A DNA stretch of 64,000 nt from a virus (IMGVR_UViG_3300033069_001639:3418-67417); one strand, 5' to 3'; counted from the stretch's first letter, positions 1 to 10,281 are shown. The notes: generated by a model from the letters alone, not told the origin. Translations and numbers: made by a program.

Positions 1-67
1 AAGGCTGCCGGGGAAGCTGACAACGGCAAGGCTTCCCAACTTTCAAACTCACTCACGGGAATCAGCC

Positions 68-1564
68 ATGAACGCTATTCACGAAATCACTCTCACCAAC
101 GTCGGGCCAATCAAGCACTCCGTCATTCCTTGCCCTGGCCCGGGGCAACTCATCGTCCTGCAGGGCCGCAACGGTACCGGCAAATCCACGGCGCTCGCTC
201 ATGCCGAACTTGCGATCACCGGGCGCGGTAAGGGAAACGTCAGCGACGGCGCAGAATCCGGACGAGTCGACGCCTTCGGCGTCACGCTCAAACTCGGCAA
301 GAGCACGCGCCGCAGCGGTACGCTCGAAGTCGAAGCGCTCGAAGGCAAGTTCAATATCTCGGATCTGATTGATCCCGGTTACGTCGATCCAAAGGCCGCG
401 GATAGCTGCCGGATCAAAGCTTTCGCGCAGATTCAAAAGGTGCTGCCGTCGGCGGACCTCTTCTATGATCTCGTGGGTGGCCGCGAGCAACTCGAGAAGT
501 TGGTCCGCCCGGCATCACTGCACAGCGACGACTTCGTGCAGATGGCCGAACGGATCAAGGCCGATCTGAACGACGCCGCGAAGCGCGAAGAGGGCCAAGC
601 CGAGAATGCCGAGGGTCGCGCGACGGGCGCCAAGGAAGCCGCGCGGGGCGTCGATCTTTCCGCCGAATCCGATGCGACAAAACTGTCTGCGGACTTGAAC
701 GACGCAATTCGTGAAGAGGCCAGAATCACGGCCGAGAAAGCGGCGGCGGTGAAAGCGGCCAGCGCGGCACGGCTGGCGCAGGATCAACTTTCCGATGCCG
801 AATCCGAGTACGATGGGCCGACCGTAGCCGCGGCAGTCGACGCCGAACAGTTTGCCAAGGGTGCGGCGGACGCTGCGGCAATGCTTGTACGAGAGGCCGA
901 GGAAGCGCTTCGCAACGCCCAGGCACATGCCGCGCTGGCCCGCGAAAAGTATTCGGCAGCGATCGCGGCCCGCAAGACTGCCGAGCAGCACGAAATGGCC
1001 ATGAAGCAATGGCGCGCCCAGGTCGCCGCGGCTGTGCCAGTTGAACCCGCGCCCGAGCTTCTCGCCGCCGCTAAGGAACGCGTCGCCGCTTGTCATGCCG
1101 CTTGTGAGCTTGGTACGCAGGTCCGCAAGGCCCGCGAACAACTGGCCGCTGCCGAGCAGCACGTGAAGACTGCCGGCGAACATCGCAAGCGCGCCGGTGA
1201 ACTCCGCGACGCCGCCAAGGGTACCGACGACGTTCTCTCCGGCATTGTGCAACGCAGCGGCTCTCGGCTGCGGGTGGAGCAAGGTCGGCTCGTGCTGGAC
1301 ACGCCGAAGCGCGGCAAGACGTTCTTCCATGAACTGTCGGCCGGGGAACGGGCGCGGATTGCGGTCGATATCGGGATCGATTCGATGCCCGAGGGTAAGC
1401 CGGGCGTGATCATCATCTCGCAGGAGGTGTGGGAAGGATTAGACGGTCACTCGCGAACCGCGATTAACGATCACATCAAAGAGCGCGGCGTCGGAATCCT
1501 GACTGCGGAAGTGGGACTGAGCGATGAACTAGTCGCGGAGGTGTACGATGCCAGCGCTGCTTAA
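68..1564 (+). CDS. Rad50/SbcC-like ABC ATPase with coiled coil
   Basis: Walker [10 protein letters not shown], long Ala/Glu-rich coiled coil, signature ELSAGE, degenerate Walker B IIISQE. Confidence 0.75.
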   Translation: MNAIHEITLTNVGPIKHSVIPCPGPGQLIVLQGRNGTGKSTALAHAELAITGRGKGNVSDGAESGRVDAFGVTLKLGKSTRRSGTLEVEALEGKFNISDLIDPGYVDPKAADSCRIKAFAQIQKVLPSADLFYDLVGGREQLEKLVRPASLHSDDFVQMAERIKADLNDAAKREEGQAENAEGRATGAKEAARGVDLSAESDATKLSADLNDAIREEARITAEKAAAVKAASAARLAQDQLSDAESEYDGPTVAAAVDAEQFAKGAADAAAMLVREAEEALRNAQAHAALAREKYSAAIAARKTAEQHEMAMKQWRAQVAAAVPVEPAPELLAAAKERVAACHAACELGTQVRKAREQLAAAEQHVKTAGEHRKRAGELRDAAKGTDDVLSGIVQRSGSRLRVEQGRLVLDTPKRGKTFFHELSAGERARIAVDIGIDSMPEGKPGVIIISQEVWEGLDGHSRTAINDHIKERGVGILTAEVGLSDELVAEVYDASAA

Positions 1565-2264
1565 CATTTTGTTGCAACGTTTCGGGCGCTTGGTCGCTGT
1601 TGAGTACGTCGGCAACGGCCGGTGGAAATGCCTTTGCGACTGCGGGCAGTATCACGTGTCGTCGTCAACTCACCTGCGTAGCGGCGGCTGCCAATCGTGC
1701 GGATGCCTTCAGCGCGAGCGAGTAATCGAGCACTTCAATAACAAGCGGTTGCATTCAGCGGAGGACGTTAATGCCCGCTTCCAACGGTCATACTCCGTTG
1801 ATCAACAAAGCGGTTGCTGGATATGGAACGCGCTGCGAGGCAAAGACGGCTACGGTCGGCTCAAAGGACCAAGCCCACAGCATGCAGGTCTGCAGGCGCA
1901 TCGATATTCGTACGAATTGCATTTTGGGCCATTTGATTACAGCCTGATGGTTTGCCACAGGTGCGATAACCCGCCGTGTGTGAATCCGAATCACTTGTTT
2001 CTCGGCACGGCGACTGACAACACGCAGGATGCGATTGCCAAGGGACGAATGGCAGTCGGCGAGGCCAATCCACGCGCGACCATTACGGCCGAAGTCGCCG
2101 CTGCAATTCGCAAGGCCTATCAGGACGCACCACTTAGCCCAAACGGCAAGCGGAAGCGCAACGGCGAAGCGAAACGTATCCGTGACGAGTTTGGTGTCTC
2201 GCCGAGCGTCTTCGCTGACATCGTTCAGGGTAGGAGCTGGCAATCAGCGGAAGCGGTGGCGTAG
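1548..2264 (+). CDS. HNH homing endonuclease
   Basis: [20 protein letters not shown] motif, N-terminal WKCLCDCG, C-terminal HTH-like tail. Confidence 0.9.
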   Translation: MPALLNILLQRFGRLVAVEYVGNGRWKCLCDCGQYHVSSSTHLRSGGCQSCGCLQRERVIEHFNNKRLHSAEDVNARFQRSYSVDQQSGCWIWNALRGKDGYGRLKGPSPQHAGLQAHRYSYELHFGPFDYSLMVCHRCDNPPCVNPNHLFLGTATDNTQDAIAKGRMAVGEANPRATITAEVAAAIRKAYQDAPLSPNGKRKRNGEAKRIRDEFGVSPSVFADIVQGRSWQSAEAVA

Positions 2265-2316
2265 GCCGTTTTACAAATCCGCCGCGATTGTCGCGGGGCG
2301 TTTTACAAGCGAGGGG

Positions 2317-3123
2317 ATGATGATCGATCGAGTAACTATCACGGGTGCCGACGACAGTATTCGGCCACAAGAACTATTGGCGATAACCCGCGATTTCCCG
2401 TTCGTCGAATGGGGCATCTTGGCCAGCCACAACAACACGCTTATGGGTATTAACCGGTATCCATCGGCAAAGTGGATTTCAGATCTTCAGGCAGTTGCTG
2501 AAACTACTGGGGCACTTCCGCAGCTGTCGCTGCACATCAATGGGCACTGGGTTCGCGAACTGCTTCTTGGGCGATTCGTTATGCCTGTTGAATTGCTGCA
2601 TTGCTTCTCGCGGATGCAGTTGAACTTCCACGCCGAGAAGAATTCTTGCAATGCCGAACCGTTCGCTCATCGCCTGATGGGCATCGGCAAAGATTTCATC
2701 TTCCAATTGGACGGCGCAAACGGCAACGCTCATCTCGATGCCGCGTGCGAATACGAAGTAGGTCGCTGCTTTGGCCTGTTCGATGTATCTGGCGGGGCTG
2801 GCATTTTGCCGCAGGAATGGCCGAAACCGATCTACATCAACATGGACCCCGGCCCCGATGGTGGCGGACGCGAGCAGTGGGCCTATCACGGCTACGCAGG
2901 CGGACTCGGCCCCGAGAATCTTGCCGAGCAAATCCCGCAGATCCTCAAAGCATCGGCGACGCACAAGGGCGAGGACGGCACGATCTTTACCCACGAAGGT
3001 CCGATCTGGATCGACATGGAAACCCGGGTTCGGTCCAGCGACGACTTGCAATTTGATCTTCAAAAAGTGCGGCGTTGCTTGGAGATCGCGGCCCCTTACG
3101 TAAAGGCCTCCGCCGTTGCGTGA
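2317..3123 (+). CDS. Phage TrpF-like (phosphoribosylanthranilate isomerase-like) TIM-barrel protein
   Basis: TITGADD, VEWGIL, LFDxSGGxG, GYAGGLGPEN and WIDMET motifs; start moved to ATG 2317 after GAGGGG. Confidence 0.7.
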   Translation: MMIDRVTITGADDSIRPQELLAITRDFPFVEWGILASHNNTLMGINRYPSAKWISDLQAVAETTGALPQLSLHINGHWVRELLLGRFVMPVELLHCFSRMQLNFHAEKNSCNAEPFAHRLMGIGKDFIFQLDGANGNAHLDAACEYEVGRCFGLFDVSGGAGILPQEWPKPIYINMDPGPDGGGREQWAYHGYAGGLGPENLAEQIPQILKASATHKGEDGTIFTHEGPIWIDMETRVRSSDDLQFDLQKVRRCLEIAAPYVKASAVA

Positions 3124-3385
3124 TTACCTCCTCACCCTCCTGTACCGCTGCGGTTTCACCACGGACGAGATCATCGGCCTGGCGATTCAAACGCAGCCAA
3201 CCGGGATCGTGATCGGGGAAATCGAGCCAGCGCTCAATCAACTGCTGGCCGATGGCGAAGTGATACGGGAAGGGGAGTTTTGGGAGCGAGTTGAGAAAGA
3301 AGAACAGCCAGTGGACGTGAAGCCGGCGAAGGTTGGGAAGGCGAAGGAATTGCAGAAAGGATTTGCGTTCGATGTGTGCGAATGA
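3116..3385 (+). CDS. Hypothetical protein
   Basis: ORF overlapping both neighbours in a tightly packed operon. Confidence 0.55.
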   Translation: MRDYLLTLLYRCGFTTDEIIGLAIQTQPTGIVIGEIEPALNQLLADGEVIREGEFWERVEKEEQPVDVKPAKVGKAKELQKGFAFDVCE

Positions 3386-3926
3386 AGTGATTGCAGCCGA
3401 AGCAAAGGTTTCCTGCATCGAAGTGCGCGTCGATGGCGAGTGGGGCACGTTCTTCGTGAAGGAATATCCGATTGTGCCGCGAGAGAACGGCAAAGGCGTT
3501 ATCGCCAAGGCCACATGGACCGCAGAATCATCGTATGGGGTCTACGGCTATCACTGGTCCGGCATGGGGCAGCCATTTGGCGACTTCATCGCACAGATGA
3601 ACGACGGCTATCTGCTCGGCAAGATCGGCAAGCAAGTCCTCAATGACGAACTGACGATTCGCGAGATCAAAAAGTACGTTCGCGAATGCCGGCGAGAGAA
3701 ACACATTAACGCGGAGACTGCCCGCGATGCCTATGAAGCGATCGACTCGATTGCCGCAGATTACGAGGGCGACGTCCTCTGTAGTCATTTGATGTGCGCC
3801 TCTGAACTGAGTTTCATCTGCGACTGGCACTTCGCCGTGCAGGAGTACGAAGGCAACGTACAGCAATTCGCCAAGCGGTTGTGGCCCGAATTCGTCAAGC
3901 AATTCAACGCTGCGAGGGCCGCATGA
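3372..3926 (+). CDS. Hypothetical phage protein
   Basis: Coupled ORF; YGYHWSGMG...YLLGKI motif. Confidence 0.65.
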   Translation: MCANEVIAAEAKVSCIEVRVDGEWGTFFVKEYPIVPRENGKGVIAKATWTAESSYGVYGYHWSGMGQPFGDFIAQMNDGYLLGKIGKQVLNDELTIREIKKYVRECRREKHINAETARDAYEAIDSIAADYEGDVLCSHLMCASELSFICDWHFAVQEYEGNVQQFAKRLWPEFVKQFNAARAA

Positions 3927-4258
3927 GCATCGCCGAAAACATCGCCGCCCGTCGCGGCGCCGAAGAAATGATCGCATTCATCGGTGAACAATCGCAGCGC
4001 TATTGGGAATGCCTGATCGAGTTGGCGAAGGGGAAACTTCCGCCGAAGCCCGAACCGGTCGATCCCTGCCCAGCGATGAGCGACTTCGAAGCCGCTCGTT
4101 TCGAAAACACGCTCGTTCCCTATGGCAAATTCGATGGCAAATTCGTCGGTGATGTCGATCCCAGCTATTTGCTATTTCTGACCGAAGGTGACGAATGGTC
4201 GAAGAAGCTGCGCCGCTACGTCAAGTCAGATCGGTTTCAGCGGAGGCAATCGGAATGA
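3923..4258 (+). CDS. Hypothetical protein with DUF3820-like motif
   Basis: VPYGKFDGKFVGDVDPSYLLFL resembles the PFGKxxG...PxxYLxW motif; ATGA overlap. Confidence 0.6.
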   Translation: MSIAENIAARRGAEEMIAFIGEQSQRYWECLIELAKGKLPPKPEPVDPCPAMSDFEAARFENTLVPYGKFDGKFVGDVDPSYLLFLTEGDEWSKKLRRYVKSDRFQRRQSE

Positions 4259-4650
4259 TCCACACCGTCGAAATCAAACACGCCGGCCACACATTCCTTA
4301 CGCGCTTTCGCGCAGATCAGATCCCCGATGTCCGCGTGCGGCTCGCGATTCAAGCCGATCGGGAGTGGTTCCCCTTCGACAAGGCCTTTCAAGCAAACGA
4401 GCAACTATCACGAATCGAGAAGGAACACGGTATGGACATGGAAGCAATCAAACTGCGCTGGACTCGGCAGGGGTTCTGCCCGCTGATCCTGGGCAATGCC
4501 GAGGAATGGATCGTCACGCTCAACCACAGCTTTCCGACGCACGAACTGCATCGACCGCCGACGGGGCGCGGGGAAACGCTGCGGGATGCCTTTGCCGTGG
4601 CGGAAGCGGATCTGCACGAGATGTTGAGCAAGCGGAAGGCGAAGGTCTAA
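4255..4650 (+). CDS. Hypothetical protein
   Basis: ATGA overlap with upstream gene. Confidence 0.6.
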   Translation: MIHTVEIKHAGHTFLTRFRADQIPDVRVRLAIQADREWFPFDKAFQANEQLSRIEKEHGMDMEAIKLRWTRQGFCPLILGNAEEWIVTLNHSFPTHELHRPPTGRGETLRDAFAVAEADLHEMLSKRKAKV

Positions 4651-4680
4651 ACGGAATCTATTGCGTCAAGGATGTGCCCG

Positions 4681-4998
4681 ATGCCTGCCAAACCCAAACT
4701 CGAAATCCGCCGCCTGCAGCAAGTCGTGATGAATGGCTCTGCGCGATATTTCCTGAACGAAGTCAACGGTCTGCTGCTCGACGGCTGGTTTGTCGTGCCG
4801 GGCTCCTACTATCACACCCGCGTTCTCGGCATCGCCGACGAGAAGACGCCGAAGCATTTCATTGACGAAGACGGCTACACCTGGCGGGATCACTATTTCA
4901 TCGCCTTGGAGCGAGAAGAACACGTCGATCCAGATGCGGCGAAGAAGGTTATTCAGGCTATTGAGCAGCGCGAGCTTGCAGAGTTTGGGGTGGCGTGA
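4681..4998 (+). CDS. Hypothetical protein
   Basis: ORF coupled to the DUF5131 gene. Confidence 0.55.
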   Translation: MPAKPKLEIRRLQQVVMNGSARYFLNEVNGLLLDGWFVVPGSYYHTRVLGIADEKTPKHFIDEDGYTWRDHYFIALEREEHVDPDAAKKVIQAIEQRELAEFGVA

Positions 4999-6062
4999 TG
5001 GGAACAATCTCAAAAATCGAATGGCTCCGCGGTGGTCATACGGCATCGCCTTGGTACGGCTGCCAGCACGCAAAGTTGCCCGACGGCAGTGATCATCCCG
5101 GCTGCCCGAACTGCTACGCCGAAGCGCTGAGCAAGCGAAATCCCGGCACGCTGGGTGAGTGGGGGGCCGACGGTCGACGCGTTGTCAGCAAGAGCTTTCA
5201 CGACGCCTGCAGGAAGTGGAATGCGGCGGCATTGAAGGCCAATAAACGGTCGTGCGTGTTCCCGTCGCTGTGTGATCCTTTCGAGGATTGGACAGGACCG
5301 ATTCACAACAACGATGGCGACGAACTTTGCATCTGCGATGGCTGCGGCAAGCGCGTGTTCTTCACCGAGGACTGCGAGGGCGAAGCGGCTTTGTGCCAAA
5401 AGCTCCCGCGGTTGCTCACGATGAACGATCTGCGCCGCGATCTATTCGCGACGATCGACAAGTGCCCGATGCTGGATTTCCTGCTGCTGACGAAGCGGCC
5501 GCAGAACATTCGGAAGATGTGGCCTGCGTATCAAAACAATGGCCGCGGAGATCGTGACTTTACGCCAAACGTGGACGGCGTGATGTACGGCGGGCTTCGA
5601 ATGGACAACGTCTGGCTGCTCTACTCTGCCAGCGATCAAAAGTCACTTGATGCCGGCCTGCCATCCCTTCTGCATTGTCGCGATCTTGTTCCGGTGATCG
5701 GTTTGAGCCTGGAGCCGCTGACCGGGCCAATCGATTTATCGCATTACCTTCCGCCGACGCCGCGCAGCGAATGCCCTCCAGAGATGTTGCCGCACAATCT
5801 CGATTGGGTGATCGTTGGCGGTGAATCAGGCCACGGCGCTCGACCGTGCAAGGCCAAGTGGATTGCCGACATCGTTAATCAGTGCCGGGCCGCATCGGTT
5901 CCGGTGTTTGTAAAGCAGCTCGGTAGTGAGCCGGACTTCGTGGGCTTCTCCGAATCGTTTCGTTGGCCGCTTAAAGACAAGAAGGGGGGCGATTGCGAGG
6001 AGTGGCCGAAGTCGCTGCGCGTGAGGGAATTTCCTCGCATGGAAAGCGAGGCGGCGGCATGA
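4995..6062 (+). CDS. DUF5131 (phage Gp37/Gp68, radical-SAM-like) protein
   Basis: SKIEW, GC...GCPNCYAE, LLLTKRPQN, DWVIVGGESG and VPVFVKQLG motifs. Confidence 0.9.
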   Translation: MMGTISKIEWLRGGHTASPWYGCQHAKLPDGSDHPGCPNCYAEALSKRNPGTLGEWGADGRRVVSKSFHDACRKWNAAALKANKRSCVFPSLCDPFEDWTGPIHNNDGDELCICDGCGKRVFFTEDCEGEAALCQKLPRLLTMNDLRRDLFATIDKCPMLDFLLLTKRPQNIRKMWPAYQNNGRGDRDFTPNVDGVMYGGLRMDNVWLLYSASDQKSLDAGLPSLLHCRDLVPVIGLSLEPLTGPIDLSHYLPPTPRSECPPEMLPHNLDWVIVGGESGHGARPCKAKWIADIVNQCRAASVPVFVKQLGSEPDFVGFSESFRWPLKDKKGGDCEEWPKSLRVREFPRMESEAAA

Positions 6063-6325
6063 GCGGCATTATGTCCCCCGCACAACGAAACACGGCAATT
6101 GCGCGGCTGAAGTCCGCTGCTGAGCGCGTCATCTCCGCTTATGCCAGCGTGACCAAGGGCAAGGTCGGTGCACTTCGCAAGGCGACTGCTGCGCTCGAAG
6201 CCGCGTGGCGAGCGTTTCCCGAATGTGAACGCGACGAAGAAGTTCCACGGGCCGGTCGCGTGCTGGAGATCTGCGCGCGACTTGAGGCGGAAGAGGCTGA
6301 GCGGTTGAGAAGGGAGGCTCTGTGA
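6059..6325 (+). CDS. Hypothetical protein
   Basis: ATGA/GTGA overlaps on both sides. Confidence 0.55.
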   Translation: MSGIMSPAQRNTAIARLKSAAERVISAYASVTKGKVGALRKATAALEAAWRAFPECERDEEVPRAGRVLEICARLEAEEAERLRREAL

Positions 6326-7221
6326 GCACGTTATTTGATACCGAAGCTGAGCTGGAAATGAAGATCGGCGCGCTGGCCCCGTGGTTTGGCTCAAAACGAA
6401 CCTTGGCGCCGACGATCGTTCGCGAGTTGGGCCCGCATTGTTCGTATTGGGAACCGTTCTGCGGATCGATGGCTGTGCTGATGGAAAAGAAGCCGTGCGG
6501 CATGGAGGTTGTGAACGACCTTCACCGCGACCTGATCAACTTGGCCCGCGTTGTCGCCAGCAAGCGAGCGCATGAACTGTTCGATCTGTGCCAGCGCACG
6601 TGGTCATGCGAGGAGCTTTTTAACGAAGCCAAAGAGAATTGTTTCACCGTCGAATGCGAACCCGCCAAATCGATCGAGGAGATCACAGACGCGAACCTAA
6701 CGCGGGCCTGGGCATTTATGACGATGTCTTGGCAGGGAATGAACGGCCGCGCTGGCACGGTTGCTTCGAACATCACCGTGGCCCGCCGGTTTACCCATAA
6801 CGGCGGCGCAGGCGGGATGCGCTGGCGATCGGCCGTCGATTCGATTCCCGCGTGGAGTGAACGGCTCCGGTCTGTGCAGATCTTGAATATGGATGCGTTT
6901 GAAATGCTCAAGCGGATTGGCGATCAGGAAGGATCGGCTATCTACGTCGATTCGCCCTACGTCAAAAAGACAGCCAAATACGTTCACGACTTTGCCGCGG
7001 CTGATCACGAAAAACTGGCGGCTTCGCTTCAGCGATTCAAGAAGGCCCGCGTTGTGGTGAGTTACTACGACGATCCGTTGCTCGATCGACTTTATGCCGG
7101 GTGGACGAAGCGAAGCGTCGCCATCACCAAGAATCTAGTCAATCAGGGCAAGCGCGACACGGAAGGCGAAGTCGTCAAAGCGCCCGAAGTGCTGCTAATC
7201 AACGGGGAGTCCTACGCATGA
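6322..7221 (+). CDS. dam: DNA adenine methyltransferase (Dam-like)
   Basis: PWFGSK, YWEPFCGS, EVVNDL; catalytic motif DSPY (DPPY variant). Confidence 0.88.
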   Translation: MSTLFDTEAELEMKIGALAPWFGSKRTLAPTIVRELGPHCSYWEPFCGSMAVLMEKKPCGMEVVNDLHRDLINLARVVASKRAHELFDLCQRTWSCEELFNEAKENCFTVECEPAKSIEEITDANLTRAWAFMTMSWQGMNGRAGTVASNITVARRFTHNGGAGGMRWRSAVDSIPAWSERLRSVQILNMDAFEMLKRIGDQEGSAIYVDSPYVKKTAKYVHDFAAADHEKLAASLQRFKKARVVVSYYDDPLLDRLYAGWTKRSVAITKNLVNQGKRDTEGEVVKAPEVLLINGESYA

Positions 7222-8900
7222 AATTCCCAATCGCCGCACTCAATCAGCATATCGCGGTGCTCGGTAAAACGCGCAGCGGCAAAACAAACTCGGTCAAAGT
7301 CATCATCGAGCAAGTCGCGGCCGCTGGCTCCCGCGTCTGCATCATCGATCCAATCAAGGCCGATTATTGGGGCCTGACGTCGAGCGCCGACGGTAAACAG
7401 CCCGCTTTACCGTTTCACATCATCGGCGGAAAGCACGGGCATGTACCGCTCCACGCCAGCGCCGGCAAGGCTATCGCGGAAGTCGTCGCAACCGGCGCAT
7501 TGCGCCTTTCGATCGTCGATATGGAACTGTTCGGCCCTCGAGAGTCCGGCCCATTCTTCGGCGACTTCATGGACACCATTTTTCGCAAGATGGAAGGTGT
7601 TCTGTATCTGGTCGTCGATGAGGCTCATCTGTTCGCGCCCAAAGAAGGCCGCGGCGGCGACGAAAGCATGGCGACTTACTGGTTCAAGCGGATGGCCAGT
7701 GGTTCGGGCTCCAAGGGGGTTCGGCTCATTGTGAGCACCCAGCGCATTCAAGATCTACACAACACAGTTCTCAGTAACTGCGACACGGTTGTCGCGCACC
7801 GTGTCACGTTCCCTGACGATCAGAAGCGCATCGCCGATTGGGTCGCCAGTCATTGCACCAAGGAGCAAGTCGCCGAGGTCAAGCGGACGCTTCCGAACCT
7901 GCAACGTGGCGAGGCGTGGCTGTGCTCCGGAGAGGCCGGGATCTTCGAGCGAGTCCAATTGCCGCTGTGCACGACCTACGATAATTCTCGGACGCCCACC
8001 GAAGGCGACAAACAGCGAAGTGTTAAGACCGCGCAGATCGATCAAAATCAACTGCGGTCGATCATCGGCGATGCAGTCAAAGAGGCCGAGGCGAATGATC
8101 CGAAGTTGCTCCGCGCAAAAATTGCAGAACTGTCAAAGCAACTTGACAAATCTGCCAAAACCGTGCAAACGGACCAGGCGGCAATCGATCGAGCGTTTCA
8201 ACAGGGCGTTGCCGCTGAACTGCAGCGGCTGAAGCCGACACTTGCTGACCTAAAAAGAGCCCGCGAATTGTTCGCTGACGCTGCATCAATCGTTGGTAAG
8301 TGCGTCGGCGATCTCATTCCTGATCCAGCCGGAGAACCATTTCACAACCAGTCGGCGAATCACGTTTCCAAGCCGGTGACCAAGCCGCTCGAAAAACGAC
8401 CGCTAATCGCCGCAAAGCCTTCACCTACAAGAGAAAACCGCCGCTCGGAAGGTGATCTCTCCAAGGGCGAAGCCGCCGTTCTCTCCGCCCTGATCCAATA
8501 CCCCGACGGTCTCCGCAACGAGCAGCTGACCGTTCTCACCGGCTACAAACGCAGCTCGCGCGACGCCTACCTGCAGCGGTTGCGAGAAAAGGGCCTCACG
8601 GAACGCCGCGGTGATCTGCACCTGGCCACGGCTGAAGGCCGGGCCGCTTTACCCGATGCCGAACCATTGCCAACGGGCCTGGCCCTGCAGCAGTTCTGGT
8701 TCTCGCGTCTTCCGGAAGGCGAGCGCGTGATTCTCGAGGTGCTGATCGAATCGTACCCAAGTTCGGTCGATCGCGAGCAGCTCAGCAATGCCACGAATTA
8801 CAAGCGATCGAGCCGCGACGCCTATTTGCAGCGGCTGAAGGCGAAAAAGTTGATCGAGACTTCCAGCGACGGAGTAACGGCGAGCGAAACGCTGTTTTAA
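7218..8900 (+). CDS. HerA/FtsK-like ATPase with tandem C-terminal wHTH domains
   Basis: GKTRSGKT, LVVDEAH, STQR; two copies of YKRSSRDAYLQRL. Confidence 0.8.
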   Translation: MKFPIAALNQHIAVLGKTRSGKTNSVKVIIEQVAAAGSRVCIIDPIKADYWGLTSSADGKQPALPFHIIGGKHGHVPLHASAGKAIAEVVATGALRLSIVDMELFGPRESGPFFGDFMDTIFRKMEGVLYLVVDEAHLFAPKEGRGGDESMATYWFKRMASGSGSKGVRLIVSTQRIQDLHNTVLSNCDTVVAHRVTFPDDQKRIADWVASHCTKEQVAEVKRTLPNLQRGEAWLCSGEAGIFERVQLPLCTTYDNSRTPTEGDKQRSVKTAQIDQNQLRSIIGDAVKEAEANDPKLLRAKIAELSKQLDKSAKTVQTDQAAIDRAFQQGVAAELQRLKPTLADLKRARELFADAASIVGKCVGDLIPDPAGEPFHNQSANHVSKPVTKPLEKRPLIAAKPSPTRENRRSEGDLSKGEAAVLSALIQYPDGLRNEQLTVLTGYKRSSRDAYLQRLREKGLTERRGDLHLATAEGRAALPDAEPLPTGLALQQFWFSRLPEGERVILEVLIESYPSSVDREQLSNATNYKRSSRDAYLQRLKAKKLIETSSDGVTASETLF

Positions 8901-8909
8901 GAGCACAGC

Positions 8910-9224
8910 ATGAGCGAACAACAAACCATCCTGCAGGCCGACGACTTCGAAATCGGCATGGCCATCACCGTCCTGAACGGCGCCTGCTGCGAAGCCGGTT
9001 GCTGCGAGCGTTATCAGCAACTCAAGGGTGTCCCGCTGCTGATCCTCGAAGTCGATCTGCCCTACATCGTCTGCGGCGTCGCCGGCGGTCACTTCACGCA
9101 CATCGATGTCAGAGACTGCGAACTGAAGCGCGTCAAGGATTCGTATGCCGCACTGTTTGGGGTTGTGAGGGCGCCAAAGGAGACGAAGGAACCGGAAAAA
9201 ACAGATTCGCAAAATGCAGGGTGA
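8910..9224 (+). CDS. Hypothetical protein
   Basis: ORF with host-like codon use. Confidence 0.55.
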   Translation: MSEQQTILQADDFEIGMAITVLNGACCEAGCCERYQQLKGVPLLILEVDLPYIVCGVAGGHFTHIDVRDCELKRVKDSYAALFGVVRAPKETKEPEKTDSQNAG

Positions 9225-9387
9225 TTACTTGTTTAAGCACACTACTAACAGTGGTTGATACTGCCTCATTGTTCACGGGTTTATTGTCCAGGACTTGTAG
9301 ATGGTTGGTTGATATTGAGCATAGGACGGTGGATTTCCGCTGGGATTCAGCGCGGGCTATTAGGCACGGAAAAAGGATTGAGCCGAA

Positions 9388-10281
9388 GTGAAACGAGGAA
9401 CGCCAGAACATCCGAAAACGATGGAACTTGCCGAAGCCGTCCAGGGCTACCTGGCCGATGCCGGCGCCCGCCTGTCGTTTGATATGTGCCAAACCTTCGC
9501 CTGTGGGCTGCTTGAGCGACTCCATCACTTCACCGCGCGATACGCTCCGGCGGGCGATATCGGCAAGCATTCCAACCTCCGAATAGCCAATGCCATCGGT
9601 TGGACCCTGGATGCACCCTGGATCATTGCCACATTGGCCGACAAGAGACTGCTTGATACCGCGGTAAGCGGGGTAAGGTTGTACGTTCACGACTGGCACG
9701 ATCACAGCGACGACGCCGCAGATAAGTGGCTATTTGACAAGGGTTTGCTGTACGCGAATGGACACCCAACGCGGAGAGGCAAAAAGTCGCGACCCAGTCT
9801 AGACCACGTCGCGACGCAGTCGCGTCAGTCAGAGTCAAAGTCAGAGTCAGACCCAGAGCCAAAGTCAGACCCAGAGTCAGACCCAGTATCTCTCGTTGGC
9901 GACACGGAATTGCGTGACTGGTTGATTTGGTGGAACACGTTGAAAGCCTGCGGGCTTGTGGCTGCGGCCGTCAACGTGGATGAACCCAGCCAAGGAGCGA
10001 TTGCGGGTTGGAAACGGGCGCAGAAGAGCAAGAGCCTGCGGGCGCTGCTATCCGATCGTGACGCCATTAGGCGGGAAATCGAAGCGAGCTCAATCTGCAA
10101 ACGTGGGTGGTTTGATTTTGCGAAGTTGTTCGGCGGTAAGAACCGCGATGGCGAGGTCGTGATCTCGAAGCTGCTTGCGGGTGGCTATCGAGATTTCAAC
10201 CAAGCCGCAAATCGTCAGGGAGCGGGCCAAAACTACGATCCGGCGGCAGCCGAGAAGGATTTGCAGCATGGAACTTTCTGA
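9388..10281 (+). CDS. Phage replication initiator (putative)
   Basis: MKRGTPEHPK N-terminus, YVHDWHDH, low-complexity linker; directly upstream of a DnaC-like gene. Confidence 0.65.
   Translation: MKRGTPEHPKTMELAEAVQGYLADAGARLSFDMCQTFACGLLERLHHFTARYAPAGDIGKHSNLRIANAIGWTLDAPWIIATLADKRLLDTAVSGVRLYVHDWHDHSDDAADKWLFDKGLLYANGHPTRRGKKSRPSLDHVATQSRQSESKSESDPEPKSDPESDPVSLVGDTELRDWLIWWNTLKACGLVAAAVNVDEPSQGAIAGWKRAQKSKSLRALLSDRDAIRREIEASSICKRGWFDFAKLFGGKNRDGEVVISKLLAGGYRDFNQAANRQGAGQNYDPAAAEKDLQHGTF
9785..9886 (+). repeat. Short tandem repeats in the initiator gene (candidate origin iterons)
   Basis: GTCGCGAC twice, then AGTCAG/ACCCAG/AGTCAA 6-nt periodic repeats. Confidence 0.55.

Noticed and set aside
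9221-9391. AT-rich stretch or small ORF before the initiator gene
   Set aside because: No convincing SD or motif; cannot tell a promoter region from a microgene
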